NCBI GenBank assembly: GCA_041752695.1
Contig: JBGSVZ010000094.1
Coordinates: forward strand, 1 to 12,222
From: Terrimicrobiaceae bacterium
GTDB lineage: Bacteria; Verrucomicrobiota; Verrucomicrobiia; Chthoniobacterales; Terrimicrobiaceae
DNA length: 12,222 nt
Reading direction: 5' to 3'
The translations under genes and the position numbers were made by a program. Shown here one piece after another: positions 1 to 7,661 of this stretch (position 1 is its first letter; every line of letters begins with the position of its first letter). The notes beneath the pieces are model-generated. The model saw only the letters and a program-made list of their open reading frames with translations. It ran no database searches and had not been told where the DNA came from.

Positions 1-780
1 GGCGAGCGCGGCACGCGGGCTGGCCCCGAATTTCACGCCCTCCGCGGCCGCGCCTTCATGCGTGGCGTCCACCAGGCGGGCAATGTAATTGGCCACCACA
101 TCGGGCAGATGGATGGCGCGGGCCAGCGCGCAGAGTGCCAGCAGTTCGTCCCGCGTCATGACCTGCTCGACCTTCGGCTCGATGCCAATCTCACGGTTCT
201 GCACGATTTTTTGCAAAACCTCGGCGGAGTTGCGCTGCACTTCGAGCTTGAACAAAAACCGGTCCAGCTGGGCCTCGGGCAGAGGATACGTGCCTTCCAG
301 CTCGATGGGATTTTGGGTGGCGAGGACAAAAAACGGATCGGGCAGTTCGTGGGATTCGCCCATCACCGTGACCCGACGTTCCTGCATCGCTTCCAGCAGG
401 GCGGATTGTGTCTTGGGCGAGGCGCGATTGATTTCATCCGCCAGCACCAGGTTGGCGAAGAGCGGACCCGGTTGAAAAACGAACTGTCGGCGGCCCTCCA
501 CTTCCTGCAATATGGGATTCCCTGTGATGTCGCCCGGCAACAGATCGGGCGTGAACTGCACCCGTCGCGCCTCCAGAGCGAGCGAGCGCGCCAGGCCTTT
601 GACCAACTCCGTTTTGCCCAGGCCCGGAAGGCCCTCGAGAAGCAGGTGGCCGCGGGAAAGCAGGCCGACAATGACCGTATCCACCAGCCCTTCCTGCCCA
701 AAAAGCACCTGGTTCAGCGAAGAGCGCAGGCGCTGCAACTGGGTCGCGGCGGCTCTCACGGCGGATGGGTCGGCGGACAT
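1..780 (-). CDS. moxR: MoxR-family AAA+ ATPase, 3' end truncated by the window start; alternative in-frame GTG start at 804
   Basis: Manual minus-strand translation from ATG at 780: MSADPSAVRAAATQLQRLRSSLNQVLFGQEGLVDTVIVGLLSRGHLLLEGLPGLGKTELVK (Walker A), RVQFTPDLLPGDITG, LVLADEINRASPKTQSALLEAMQE (Walker B), FFVLATQNPIELEGTYPLPEAQLDRF, GASPRAALA at the window edge. These are canonical MoxR motifs. An in-frame stop at 823-825 bounds the start. Absent from the ORF track, presumably because it has no stop inside the window. Confidence 0.95.
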   Translation of the reverse strand, partial: MSADPSAVRAAATQLQRLRSSLNQVLFGQEGLVDTVIVGLLSRGHLLLEGLPGLGKTELVKGLARSLALEARRVQFTPDLLPGDITGNPILQEVEGRRQFVFQPGPLFANLVLADEINRASPKTQSALLEAMQERRVTVMGESHELPDPFFVLATQNPIELEGTYPLPEAQLDRFLFKLEVQRNSAEVLQKIVQNREIGIEPKVEQVMTRDELLALCALARAIHLPDVVANYIARLVDATHEGAAAEGVKFGASPRAALA

Positions 781-842
781 GAATGCGGAATCTGTCTGTT
801 CCACAGGCAATTTCCAAGCAAATCAAATGCCGCAATTCCGAT

Positions 843-904
843 ACTGTCGCCCGCACCGCCGGGGCGGTTCCCCGCCGTGCCGTCCCAGCGGGACGGCCTA
901 CAGT
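843..904. repeat. GC-rich palindromic intergenic element resembling a GTAG-family REP doublet
   Basis: Minus strand 901->879 reads GTAG-GCCGTCCC-GCT-GGGACGGC (perfect 8-bp stem). A second hairpin GGCGG-GGAA-CCGCC lies at 876->863. The ends are ACTGT (843-847) and ACAGT (900-904), which are inverted. Only one copy is present in the window. Confidence 0.5.
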
Positions 905-907
905 TTT

Positions 908-1135
908 TCACCGATACCAGACGACGGTTATGCCGTGGAGCGACGAGTGAAAGGTCTGGATCTGCACGATCTCAATGCCGGGGTTTTCATTGATCCAGGC
1001 CTCGGCTTTGAGATGGGACTTTTCGATCAGCGTGTAGTCAAAACTCACATCGCCAAGTCGCATCGTGAGGCTTTCCTTGAAGACTGCTCTTTTGATGGGA
1101 TGACCGGCGGATTTTGGGAGCGGAGGCGGATTCAT
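908..1135 (-). CDS. Small hypothetical protein, 75 aa (MNPPPLPK...ITVVWYR)
   Basis: ATG at 1135 and TGA at 908-910. It fills the gap between rhaA and moxR on the same strand and has a protein-like beta-alpha-beta-beta pattern. The ORF-track start at 1210 overlaps rhaA and is unlikely. Confidence 0.65.
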   Translation of the reverse strand: MNPPPLPKSAGHPIKRAVFKESLTMRLGDVSFDYTLIEKSHLKAEAWINENPGIEIVQIQTFHSSLHGITVVWYR

Positions 1136-1187
1136 GGAGCATGACCTACGCGCACTCCAGGGAAAGGACAACGCGTTTCCCTCCAGC

Positions 1188-2435
1188 CTACCTCCCGGCC
1201 AGCACGTCACGTTCGTACGCCTTCACTTCGTCGAGCCACTTCACGCCCACGGGCACATTCTGACGTCGGCAATGTTCGTCCCAGACGGCGGCTAAGGGCA
1301 GCGTTTTGGCCTCCTCCAGCAAAGCCAGGCGGGTGGTGTGGTCGGCGGACTGCTCGGCGGCGCGCAGCTTTTCCACGGGCTCGAGGAGGGCGAGGAGGAG
1401 GCACTTCAGGGCGTTGCGGGTGCCAATGGTCCAGGCCGCGACGCGGTTGATGCTGGCATCGAAAAAGTCGAGTCCGATATGCGTGCGTCCGAGGAATCCG
1501 CCGCGGACGATTTCCTCCGCGATGGCTCGGGTCGGGTCGTCGAGGAGCACGACATGGTCGCTGTCCCAGCGCACGCCGCGACTGACATGCAGAAGAATCT
1601 CGGGGACGAACTGCAGCACAGAACTGATTTTGTCGGCGAGGCTTTCCGTCGGATGAAAATGTCCGGCATCGAGGCAGAGCAGTTTCCGGTTTTTCACCGC
1701 GTAGCCCATGTAGAACTCATGTGAGCCGACGACGTACGATTCCGAGCCGATGCCAAAGAGTTTGCATTCGACGGCGTCGAGGTTGTGTTGCGGGTCGAGG
1801 GGTTTGGCAAAGAGGGCGTCGAGGGAGGCTTCCAGGCGCTCGCGCGGGGTTTTGCGGTCCACCGGCAGATCTTTGTAGCCGTCGGGAATCCACACGTTGG
1901 TCACGCAGGGGTTGCCGAGTTGCCGGCCCGCCTCCGCCCCGATTTCGCGGCAACGGATGCCGTGCTCGATCCAGAATTCGCGGATGGCGGCATCGGGGTG
2001 GGACAGAGTGAATCCGTCGGCAGAAAGAGGGTGGGAGAAAAAAGACGGATTAAAGTCCAGGCCGAGACCGCGCTCCTGGCACCACGTGATCCAGCCCTGG
2101 AAATGCTCCGTGGTGATTTCGTTGCGGTCCACTTTTTTCCCGCCGAAGTCGCCGTAAATGGCGTGCAGGTTGAGACGATGTTTGCCCGGGATGAGCGAAA
2201 GGGCCTTGTCGAGGTCGGACTGCAACTCCTCAATCGTCCGCGCTTTGCCAGGGTAGTTGCCGGTGGCCTGGATGCCTCCCGACAGCTTGCCTCCACCCGC
2301 CTCAAATCCGCCCACATCGTCACCCTGCCAGCAGTGGAGGGAGATCGGGATGGTTGCGAGGGTCTGAAGGGCGGCTTCGGTATCGACCCCGAGGTCGGCG
2401 TAGGAACTGTGGGCGAATGAATAGGGGGTGGACAT
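1188..2435 (-). CDS. rhaA: L-rhamnose isomerase (E. coli RhaA type), 415 aa
   Basis: Signature segments [118 protein letters not shown]. Confidence 0.97.
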   Translation of the reverse strand: MSTPYSFAHSSYADLGVDTEAALQTLATIPISLHCWQGDDVGGFEAGGGKLSGGIQATGNYPGKARTIEELQSDLDKALSLIPGKHRLNLHAIYGDFGGKKVDRNEITTEHFQGWITWCQERGLGLDFNPSFFSHPLSADGFTLSHPDAAIREFWIEHGIRCREIGAEAGRQLGNPCVTNVWIPDGYKDLPVDRKTPRERLEASLDALFAKPLDPQHNLDAVECKLFGIGSESYVVGSHEFYMGYAVKNRKLLCLDAGHFHPTESLADKISSVLQFVPEILLHVSRGVRWDSDHVVLLDDPTRAIAEEIVRGGFLGRTHIGLDFFDASINRVAAWTIGTRNALKCLLLALLEPVEKLRAAEQSADHTTRLALLEEAKTLPLAAVWDEHCRRQNVPVGVKWLDEVKAYERDVLAGR

Positions 2436-2513
2436 AGAGGGAGCCTATCCTGCGGGAGCCGTACGGAAAATGGACAAACTGATTTTTGTCCTATAAAAAA
2501 TGACACTCTTCTT
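2436..2513. promoter_or_regulatory. Divergent promoter region between rhaA and the AraC regulator, with a 7-6-7 palindrome
   Basis: 78-bp gap with an AT-rich core. GGACAAA-CTGATT-TTTGTCC at 2472-2491. TGGACA (2471-2476) and TATAAA (2492-2497) are 15 nt apart, shorter than a typical sigma70 spacer. Confidence 0.55.
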
Positions 2514-3410
2514 GTGAAGCAGCACAGTTTTTTTTCTTACTTCCCCATCTCCGCCGAAGTACGGCAGTGGGAGATCTACGCCACGTCGTTCGGGCGTGTC
2601 CGGATGGAGGATAACGCCCCGATTTATCCCCCCGACCGGCACCCGGCCGGGCATCATTTTGAGTGGGAGGAGGGCCGGACGCTGACAAGCTGCCAGCTTC
2701 TTTGCATCCAGGCGGGACGCGGGGAATTCGAATCCTCCCTGACCCGACGCGTGTCCATTTCGGCGGGCACGACCATCCTTTTGCATCCGGGGATCTGGCA
2801 CCGCTATCGTCCTCTTCCGGGCACGGGCTGGACAGAATCCTGGATTGAATTGCGCGGGAGGCAAATCGATCGACTCCGCAAAAATGGCCTATTTGATCCC
2901 ACCAAACCGGTGCACCGTCCGCCACTGACCCTCGAGATGGAACAGGTCTGGGAACGGGCTTTCCAGATGGCCTGGACCAAACCGCCCGGATTTACCGTCC
3001 ATTTGGGACTGCTGGCGCTGGAACTGCTCTTGCGCCTCCAGGAAAAATCCCCGGCGCCCAACGTGCCGCGGCGCATCGAAGCGATGGTCTCGCAGGCCCA
3101 GACCCTGTTGTCATCGGCCACCACCGACGGCGACGCCACCATTGAAGAGCACGCGCGCCAACTCGGGGTCGGGTATTCGTATTTTCGCCGGGCTTTCAAA
3201 AAGCAGACCGGATTCTCTCCCAAACAATACCAGAACGAAGTGCGCTTCCGACGGGTGAAGGGGCTCCTCGCTAATACCGCGCTGAGCATCAAGGAAATCG
3301 CGGCGCAATTGGGTTACAGCTCGCCGTATCATCTGACCAAAGATTTCACTCAGCGCACCAAAACGCCCCCCAGTCAATGGCGTGCACTGCCGTCAAAGCG
3401 GAGGGGATAG
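2514..3410 (+). CDS. AraC-family transcriptional regulator, 298 aa, probable rhamnose-responsive activator resembling Bacteroides RhaR
   Basis: GTG start. N-terminal cupin-like domain (YPPDRHPAGHHF..GRTLTSCQLLCIQAGRGEF..HPGIWHRYRP..GWTESWI) and C-terminal double HTH (LGVGYSYFRRAFKKQTGFSPKQY..LSIKEIAAQLGYSSPYHLTKDF..PPSQWR). Divergent from rhaA. The RhaR-like specificity is recalled family resemblance plus context. Confidence 0.9.
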   Translation: MKQHSFFSYFPISAEVRQWEIYATSFGRVRMEDNAPIYPPDRHPAGHHFEWEEGRTLTSCQLLCIQAGRGEFESSLTRRVSISAGTTILLHPGIWHRYRPLPGTGWTESWIELRGRQIDRLRKNGLFDPTKPVHRPPLTLEMEQVWERAFQMAWTKPPGFTVHLGLLALELLLRLQEKSPAPNVPRRIEAMVSQAQTLLSSATTDGDATIEEHARQLGVGYSYFRRAFKKQTGFSPKQYQNEVRFRRVKGLLANTALSIKEIAAQLGYSSPYHLTKDFTQRTKTPPSQWRALPSKRRG

Positions 3411-3435
3411 CAGCCGCCTTTTCCCGTCCGGGAGA

Positions 3436-4938
3436 TCAGCGGTTGAGCTGAAGCACCTCGAGGACTTTGGCATGATGCTCGCGGAAAAACCCTGCGTTCT
3501 CGGGCAGTTTGATGTCCACGTCGTGGGTGGGGATCATTTCCTTGAGGCGGGCCCGGCCCTCCGGACTTTGCAGGAGCTCCGGGAAACAATTTTTCAGGAC
3601 TTCGAGAACGATGTTCACGCAGACCGAAGCTCCGGGTGAGGCGCCGAGGAGGGCGGAGATGGTTTTGTCCGCGTTGGTGATCACTTCGGTGCCATAATGG
3701 ACGATGCCGGCCTCGCCGTCCGTCTTCTTGATGGCCTGCACGCGAATGCCGGCGTCGATCAGCTTCCAGTCTTCCGTCTTGGCGGCGGGGTAAAAGACAT
3801 GCAGCACTTCCATGCGGTCGGCCATGCTTTGCGTGCCCTGCTGGACGAGATATTTCACCAAGTCAATATTGGTCAGGCCAATCTTAGCGAGCGTGGCGAG
3901 ATTGTCGGGCTTCACCGAAAGTGGCAGGTCCAGCCAGCTTCCCTTGCGGTGGAGGAATTTCGTGGTCCAAGCCGCGAAGGGCCCGAAAAGCAGGGTCTTT
4001 TTGCCGTCGAGCACCCGGGTGTCGAGATGAGGTACCGCCATGGTGGGCGCGGCGTCCAGGGCCTGACCATACACCTTGGCCTGATGGCGCTGCACGATTT
4101 CCGGGTTGTCGCAGACCAGCCACTGTCCGCCGATGGGAAAACCGCCGAGCCCCTTGGCTTCGGGGATGCCGGCTTTTTGCAAAAGGGGGAGACTGCCGCC
4201 GCCCGCTCCGACAAAAATAAACTTCGCGCGGTTCTGGCGGACTTCGCCGGAGGCGAGGTCGCGGATGGAAACATTCCACCCGGCAAGAACCCGCTCGAGA
4301 TCCACGACGCGGTGATTTGTGGCAATGCCGCACCCCTCCTGCTGCGAGAGCCAGTCGAGAAGCTTGCGGGAGATGGAACCGAAATTCACGTCGGTGCCCC
4401 CATCCATCTTCGTCGCCGCGATGGGGACCTCCCCGCGTCCTTCGGTGAGGAGCGGAGCCCAGCTCCCGATGGTCGCGCGGTCCGTGCTGTATTCCATTCC
4501 CGCGAAAAAATGGTGGGCGGACATGCCTGCATGGCGGGCCTTGAGAAAGTCCACCTGGTCCTGTCCATGAACAAAACTCAAATGGGGCACCGGATTGATG
4601 AAATCCTTGGGGTTGGAAATCTTGCCGCTGGCGACGGCATGACTCCAAAACAGTTGCGATTGTTCGAACTGCTCGAAGATGCTGATAACCTTCGACACGT
4701 TCACCGAACCATCCGGCTCGCGGAACGGCGTGTAGCTAAGTTCGCAAATGCCGGCGTGGCCGGTGCCGGCGTTGTTCCATCCATTGGAAGATTCCTGCGC
4801 CACATCCTCGGTGACCTCATACACCTGGATCTTGAGCTTCGGATCGAGACTCTTGAGCAGGGCGCCGAGGTTGGCCGACATGACGCCGCTGCCGATGAGG
4901 ATGACGTCGGGATTTTCGATGTGGGTGGAGTATTTCAT
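3436..4938 (-). CDS. mqo: Malate:quinone oxidoreductase-family FAD-dependent dehydrogenase, 500 aa; substrate uncertain (malate versus L-lactate)
   Basis: DVILIGSGVMSA (FAD binding), ESSNGWNNAGTGH..CELSYTP, FVGAGGGSLPLLQKAGIPE..GGFPIGGQWL, HQAKVYGQA, VPHLDTR..LLFGPFA, ALLGASPGAS. ATG at 4938 preferred; the track's GTG at 4965 falls inside the repeat element. Confidence 0.9.
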   Translation of the reverse strand: MKYSTHIENPDVILIGSGVMSANLGALLKSLDPKLKIQVYEVTEDVAQESSNGWNNAGTGHAGICELSYTPFREPDGSVNVSKVISIFEQFEQSQLFWSHAVASGKISNPKDFINPVPHLSFVHGQDQVDFLKARHAGMSAHHFFAGMEYSTDRATIGSWAPLLTEGRGEVPIAATKMDGGTDVNFGSISRKLLDWLSQQEGCGIATNHRVVDLERVLAGWNVSIRDLASGEVRQNRAKFIFVGAGGGSLPLLQKAGIPEAKGLGGFPIGGQWLVCDNPEIVQRHQAKVYGQALDAAPTMAVPHLDTRVLDGKKTLLFGPFAAWTTKFLHRKGSWLDLPLSVKPDNLATLAKIGLTNIDLVKYLVQQGTQSMADRMEVLHVFYPAAKTEDWKLIDAGIRVQAIKKTDGEAGIVHYGTEVITNADKTISALLGASPGASVCVNIVLEVLKNCFPELLQSPEGRARLKEMIPTHDVDIKLPENAGFFREHHAKVLEVLQLNR

Positions 4939-4950
4939 GGGAATTTTTTG

Positions 4951-5062
4951 ACCACTAACTTTCACTAAAAAGCACTAAGGAGAAGCCAGGGAAATGGCGG
5001 CCGGAGCAAGTTTGCGTTCCGTTTCTTTTCTCCTTTAGTGTCCATTAGTGTTTTTTAGTGGT
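4951..5062. repeat. 112-bp imperfect inverted-repeat element with three CACTAA units per arm (MITE/REP-like)
   Basis: Left arm: CACTAA at 4953, 4963 and 4973, then GGAGAA (4979-4984). Right arm: TTCTCC (5028-5033), then TTAGTG at 5035, 5045 and 5055. Termini ACCACTAA...TTAGTGGT. Confidence 0.8.
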
Positions 5063-6853
5063 TCACCTACGGATGCCGTAGAGAGGTCCAAAGTTGGCGC
5101 AGGCGCGGAAATCGGCTCCGGTGAGGTCGTCGGTGCCGAAGGCCGCCCACGCGCTCGGACGGAAAATTTTCTCCGCGCCCACGTTGTGCATGTACACCGG
5201 GATGCGGAGGAGGGCGGCCAGCGAAATAAGGTCCGCGCCAATGTGCCCGCAGCTCATCACGCAATGGTTGGCGCCCCAGTTGTTCATCACGGAGTAGGTG
5301 TCGCGGAAGGCGCCCTGCCCGTTGGTGTAGGGAGAAAACCAAGTGGTAGGCCAGGTGGGGTTCGTGCGATCCTCCAGCAGTTTGTGCGCGGCATCGGGCA
5401 ATTCCACCGTTTCGCCCTCGGCGATCTGCAGGGCGGGTCCGAGGCCCTCCACCATGTTCAAACGGAAGATGGTGGCCTTCATGCCGCCGCGGGTGACGTA
5501 GCGTGTGCTCCATCCGCCGCCGGGGAAATATTCGGTGATGGACGGATGCCAGGTGGTGGCCTCCAGGCTGGCCTTGACCTCGGCATTCGTGATGTCCCAG
5601 AAGGGTTTCATCACCGGCTGGCCGTTGACGGTCTGGCGTCCGGCTCCATCGAGCGCGGCGGGGCCGGAGTTGATCAAATGCAGGAGCCCTCCCGCGCCCG
5701 CGCCGTCGAGCTCATGGCCGGTGACGCGCTTCACCGCGTCTGGACTCCAATACGTGCGCAAGTCAGCAAAAATCTGGGCGGTGTTGGTGAGAAGATACCC
5801 GAAGAGCATCGAAACGCCGTTGAGCGCGTCGTTTTCCGTGGCCACAATATAAGGCGCCCGGCGGCCATTCCAATCGAAGGACGTGCTGAGAATCGCTTCG
5901 AGGAAATCGCCATTAGGCATGTGGTCGGTCCACTGACGCTGACCCTGAAAACCCGAGGCGATGGCAAAGTGTCCCTGCGCCTCCTCGCCGAAGCCGGCTT
6001 TTTTCAACTTGGGATTGCCGACCATAAGGTCCCGCGCGATGAGGGCCATTTTGACCGAAATCTCCCATTCTTCGTTGAGTTTTTTGCGGCTGCGTTTTTT
6101 GTCCGGGCTGTTCCAATCCTTGCCCTCTGGACAATTTTTTCTCACCCACGAGAGGGCTTTGGCATATTCCTCCTTGTCGTAGATGCCCTTGTCGATGCGG
6201 CGGATAAACTCGGTCATGTCCACTGACTCGACGCGCATGCCGAGGTGGCGCTCAAAAAGGGCGGGATCGACGATGGATCCGGCGATGCCCATGGAAGTTC
6301 CGCCCATGGCCAGATAAGCCTTCCCGCGCATGGTGGCCACGGCGAGGCCCGCGCGGACAAAGCGCACGATTTTTTCCCGCACATCGTCGGGAATGGTGGT
6401 GTCCGTCGATTCCTGCACATCGCGGCCATAGATGCCAAAGGCCGGCAGACCCTTTTGGGTGTGACCCGCCAGCACGGCCGCGAGATAAACTGCCCCCGGG
6501 CGTTCCGTGCCGTTAAATCCCCAGACGGCCTTGGGAATGAGGGGGTCGGCGTCCATCGTTTCCGAGCCGTAACACCAGCAGGGGGTGACGGTGAGCGAAA
6601 CGCCGACATTCTCGAGGCGAAATTTTTCCGCGCAGGCCGCGGCTTCGGCCACCCCGCCGATGCAGGAGTCGGCAATGACCACCTCGACCGATTCACCGGT
6701 CGGATAGCGCAAGGTCTCGGTAATGAGTTTCGCCGTATTTTTGGCCATGTTCATGACCTGGACTTCGAGAGATTCGCGCACACCGCCAAGACGACCGTCG
6801 ATGGTGGGACGGATGCCGACTTTCGGGAGATTGCTAAATACGGGATTTTTCAT
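5063..6853 (-). CDS. fucI: L-fucose isomerase (this family also acts on D-arabinose), 596 aa
   Basis: [139 protein letters not shown] at 6853, 4 nt after the aldolase stop. Confidence 0.97.
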   Translation of the reverse strand: MKNPVFSNLPKVGIRPTIDGRLGGVRESLEVQVMNMAKNTAKLITETLRYPTGESVEVVIADSCIGGVAEAAACAEKFRLENVGVSLTVTPCWCYGSETMDADPLIPKAVWGFNGTERPGAVYLAAVLAGHTQKGLPAFGIYGRDVQESTDTTIPDDVREKIVRFVRAGLAVATMRGKAYLAMGGTSMGIAGSIVDPALFERHLGMRVESVDMTEFIRRIDKGIYDKEEYAKALSWVRKNCPEGKDWNSPDKKRSRKKLNEEWEISVKMALIARDLMVGNPKLKKAGFGEEAQGHFAIASGFQGQRQWTDHMPNGDFLEAILSTSFDWNGRRAPYIVATENDALNGVSMLFGYLLTNTAQIFADLRTYWSPDAVKRVTGHELDGAGAGGLLHLINSGPAALDGAGRQTVNGQPVMKPFWDITNAEVKASLEATTWHPSITEYFPGGGWSTRYVTRGGMKATIFRLNMVEGLGPALQIAEGETVELPDAAHKLLEDRTNPTWPTTWFSPYTNGQGAFRDTYSVMNNWGANHCVMSCGHIGADLISLAALLRIPVYMHNVGAEKIFRPSAWAAFGTDDLTGADFRACANFGPLYGIRR

Positions 6854-6857
6854 GGGG

Positions 6858-7619
6858 TTATTTGGAAAGGGCGGCGATCTGGGCGCGGCGATAGTGTTCG
6901 TCCGGGCGGGTATCGATGCGGGTGGAGGTGGAGTCGGGTAGAAACTGCGGCCCGCCGAGGGTGTGGTTGCCAACGAGGATGCGGGCCCACTTGTCGAGCA
7001 TGAGCAAAATGTTCAAGACATCCCGGTCCGTGTCGCCGAGGGCCACCGGGCCATGGTTGACGAGTAGGATCACCTTCGGCGCGCCGCCGTATTCCTCGCG
7101 GAAGCGGCGAAGTTCGGCGCGAACGGAACGGGCCAGTTCGATGCCGGGGTCAATGTAGGGAACGACGGCCAGATTGCGGCCGCAGACGACAATTTCGTCC
7201 GGGAAAACGTGCTGCAAAAACGGGGCCGCCCCAAGTTTCGAACAGAGAATCTGGAGCACGGAGACGGGATGGCAGTGGCCAATCCATTTCGCCCCTGCTT
7301 CCTTGAGGCAGACCGCGTGCATGAAGGTTTCCACGGAGGGGAGTTTCGCTCCTTCGTCCGCCCGGGAGGCCAGGAGAACTTCCCGCACACCGGTGTCGTC
7401 GAGAGAGGCGTCGTCAATCGCATCCATCACGGTGTCAAACTTCACCCGGGTGAGTCCGGTTTCATCCAGCGAGGCCAGATTGCCGCCGGAGGCCTTGATC
7501 CAAAAGGTGCCGTCGCCGGCATCGGCGCTGGTGTTGCCTTCCCCGAGAATTGCGAGGTGTCGGTCATCGCGACCGATTTCGTGGGAGAGGGAGAGGAGTT
7601 TTTCGAGGAGAGGAGTCAT
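6858..7619 (-). CDS. Class II (Zn) aldolase/adducin-family protein, 253 aa; probable fuculose-/rhamnulose-1-phosphate aldolase
   Basis: GEGNTS phosphate-binding motif, [14 protein letters not shown] with the catalytic acidic residue, HCHP and NHG Zn-binding histidines, YIDPG. Lies between the kinase and fucI. Confidence 0.85.
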   Translation of the reverse strand: MTPLLEKLLSLSHEIGRDDRHLAILGEGNTSADAGDGTFWIKASGGNLASLDETGLTRVKFDTVMDAIDDASLDDTGVREVLLASRADEGAKLPSVETFMHAVCLKEAGAKWIGHCHPVSVLQILCSKLGAAPFLQHVFPDEIVVCGRNLAVVPYIDPGIELARSVRAELRRFREEYGGAPKVILLVNHGPVALGDTDRDVLNILLMLDKWARILVGNHTLGGPQFLPDSTSTRIDTRPDEHYRRAQIAALSK

Positions 7620-7661
7620 GCAAAGTTTTGGGAGAGACGGCTGATCCAGCCGTCCTTGACA

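Noticed and set aside
58..993. 311-aa plus-strand ORF and overlapping 512..1144 ORF
   Set aside because: Antisense shadows of the MoxR ATPase and the small minus-strand gene.
1159..1182. AGGGAAA-N10-TTTCCCT hairpin after the rhaA stop as a terminator
   Set aside because: 7-bp stem with a large loop and no U-tract. Not enough to call.
3411..3435. Small hairpin TCCC-GTCC-GGGA between the convergent araC and mqo genes as a bidirectional terminator
   Set aside because: Short weak stem with no downstream U-tract on either strand.
4951..5062. CACTAA repeats as a CRISPR array
   Set aside because: 6-bp units, 4-bp linkers, inverted arrangement and no cas genes.
3697..6226. Long plus-strand ORFs 3697..4968 and 5048..6226
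   Set aside because: Antisense to mqo and fucI. Expected from stop-codon scarcity in GC-rich coding DNA.
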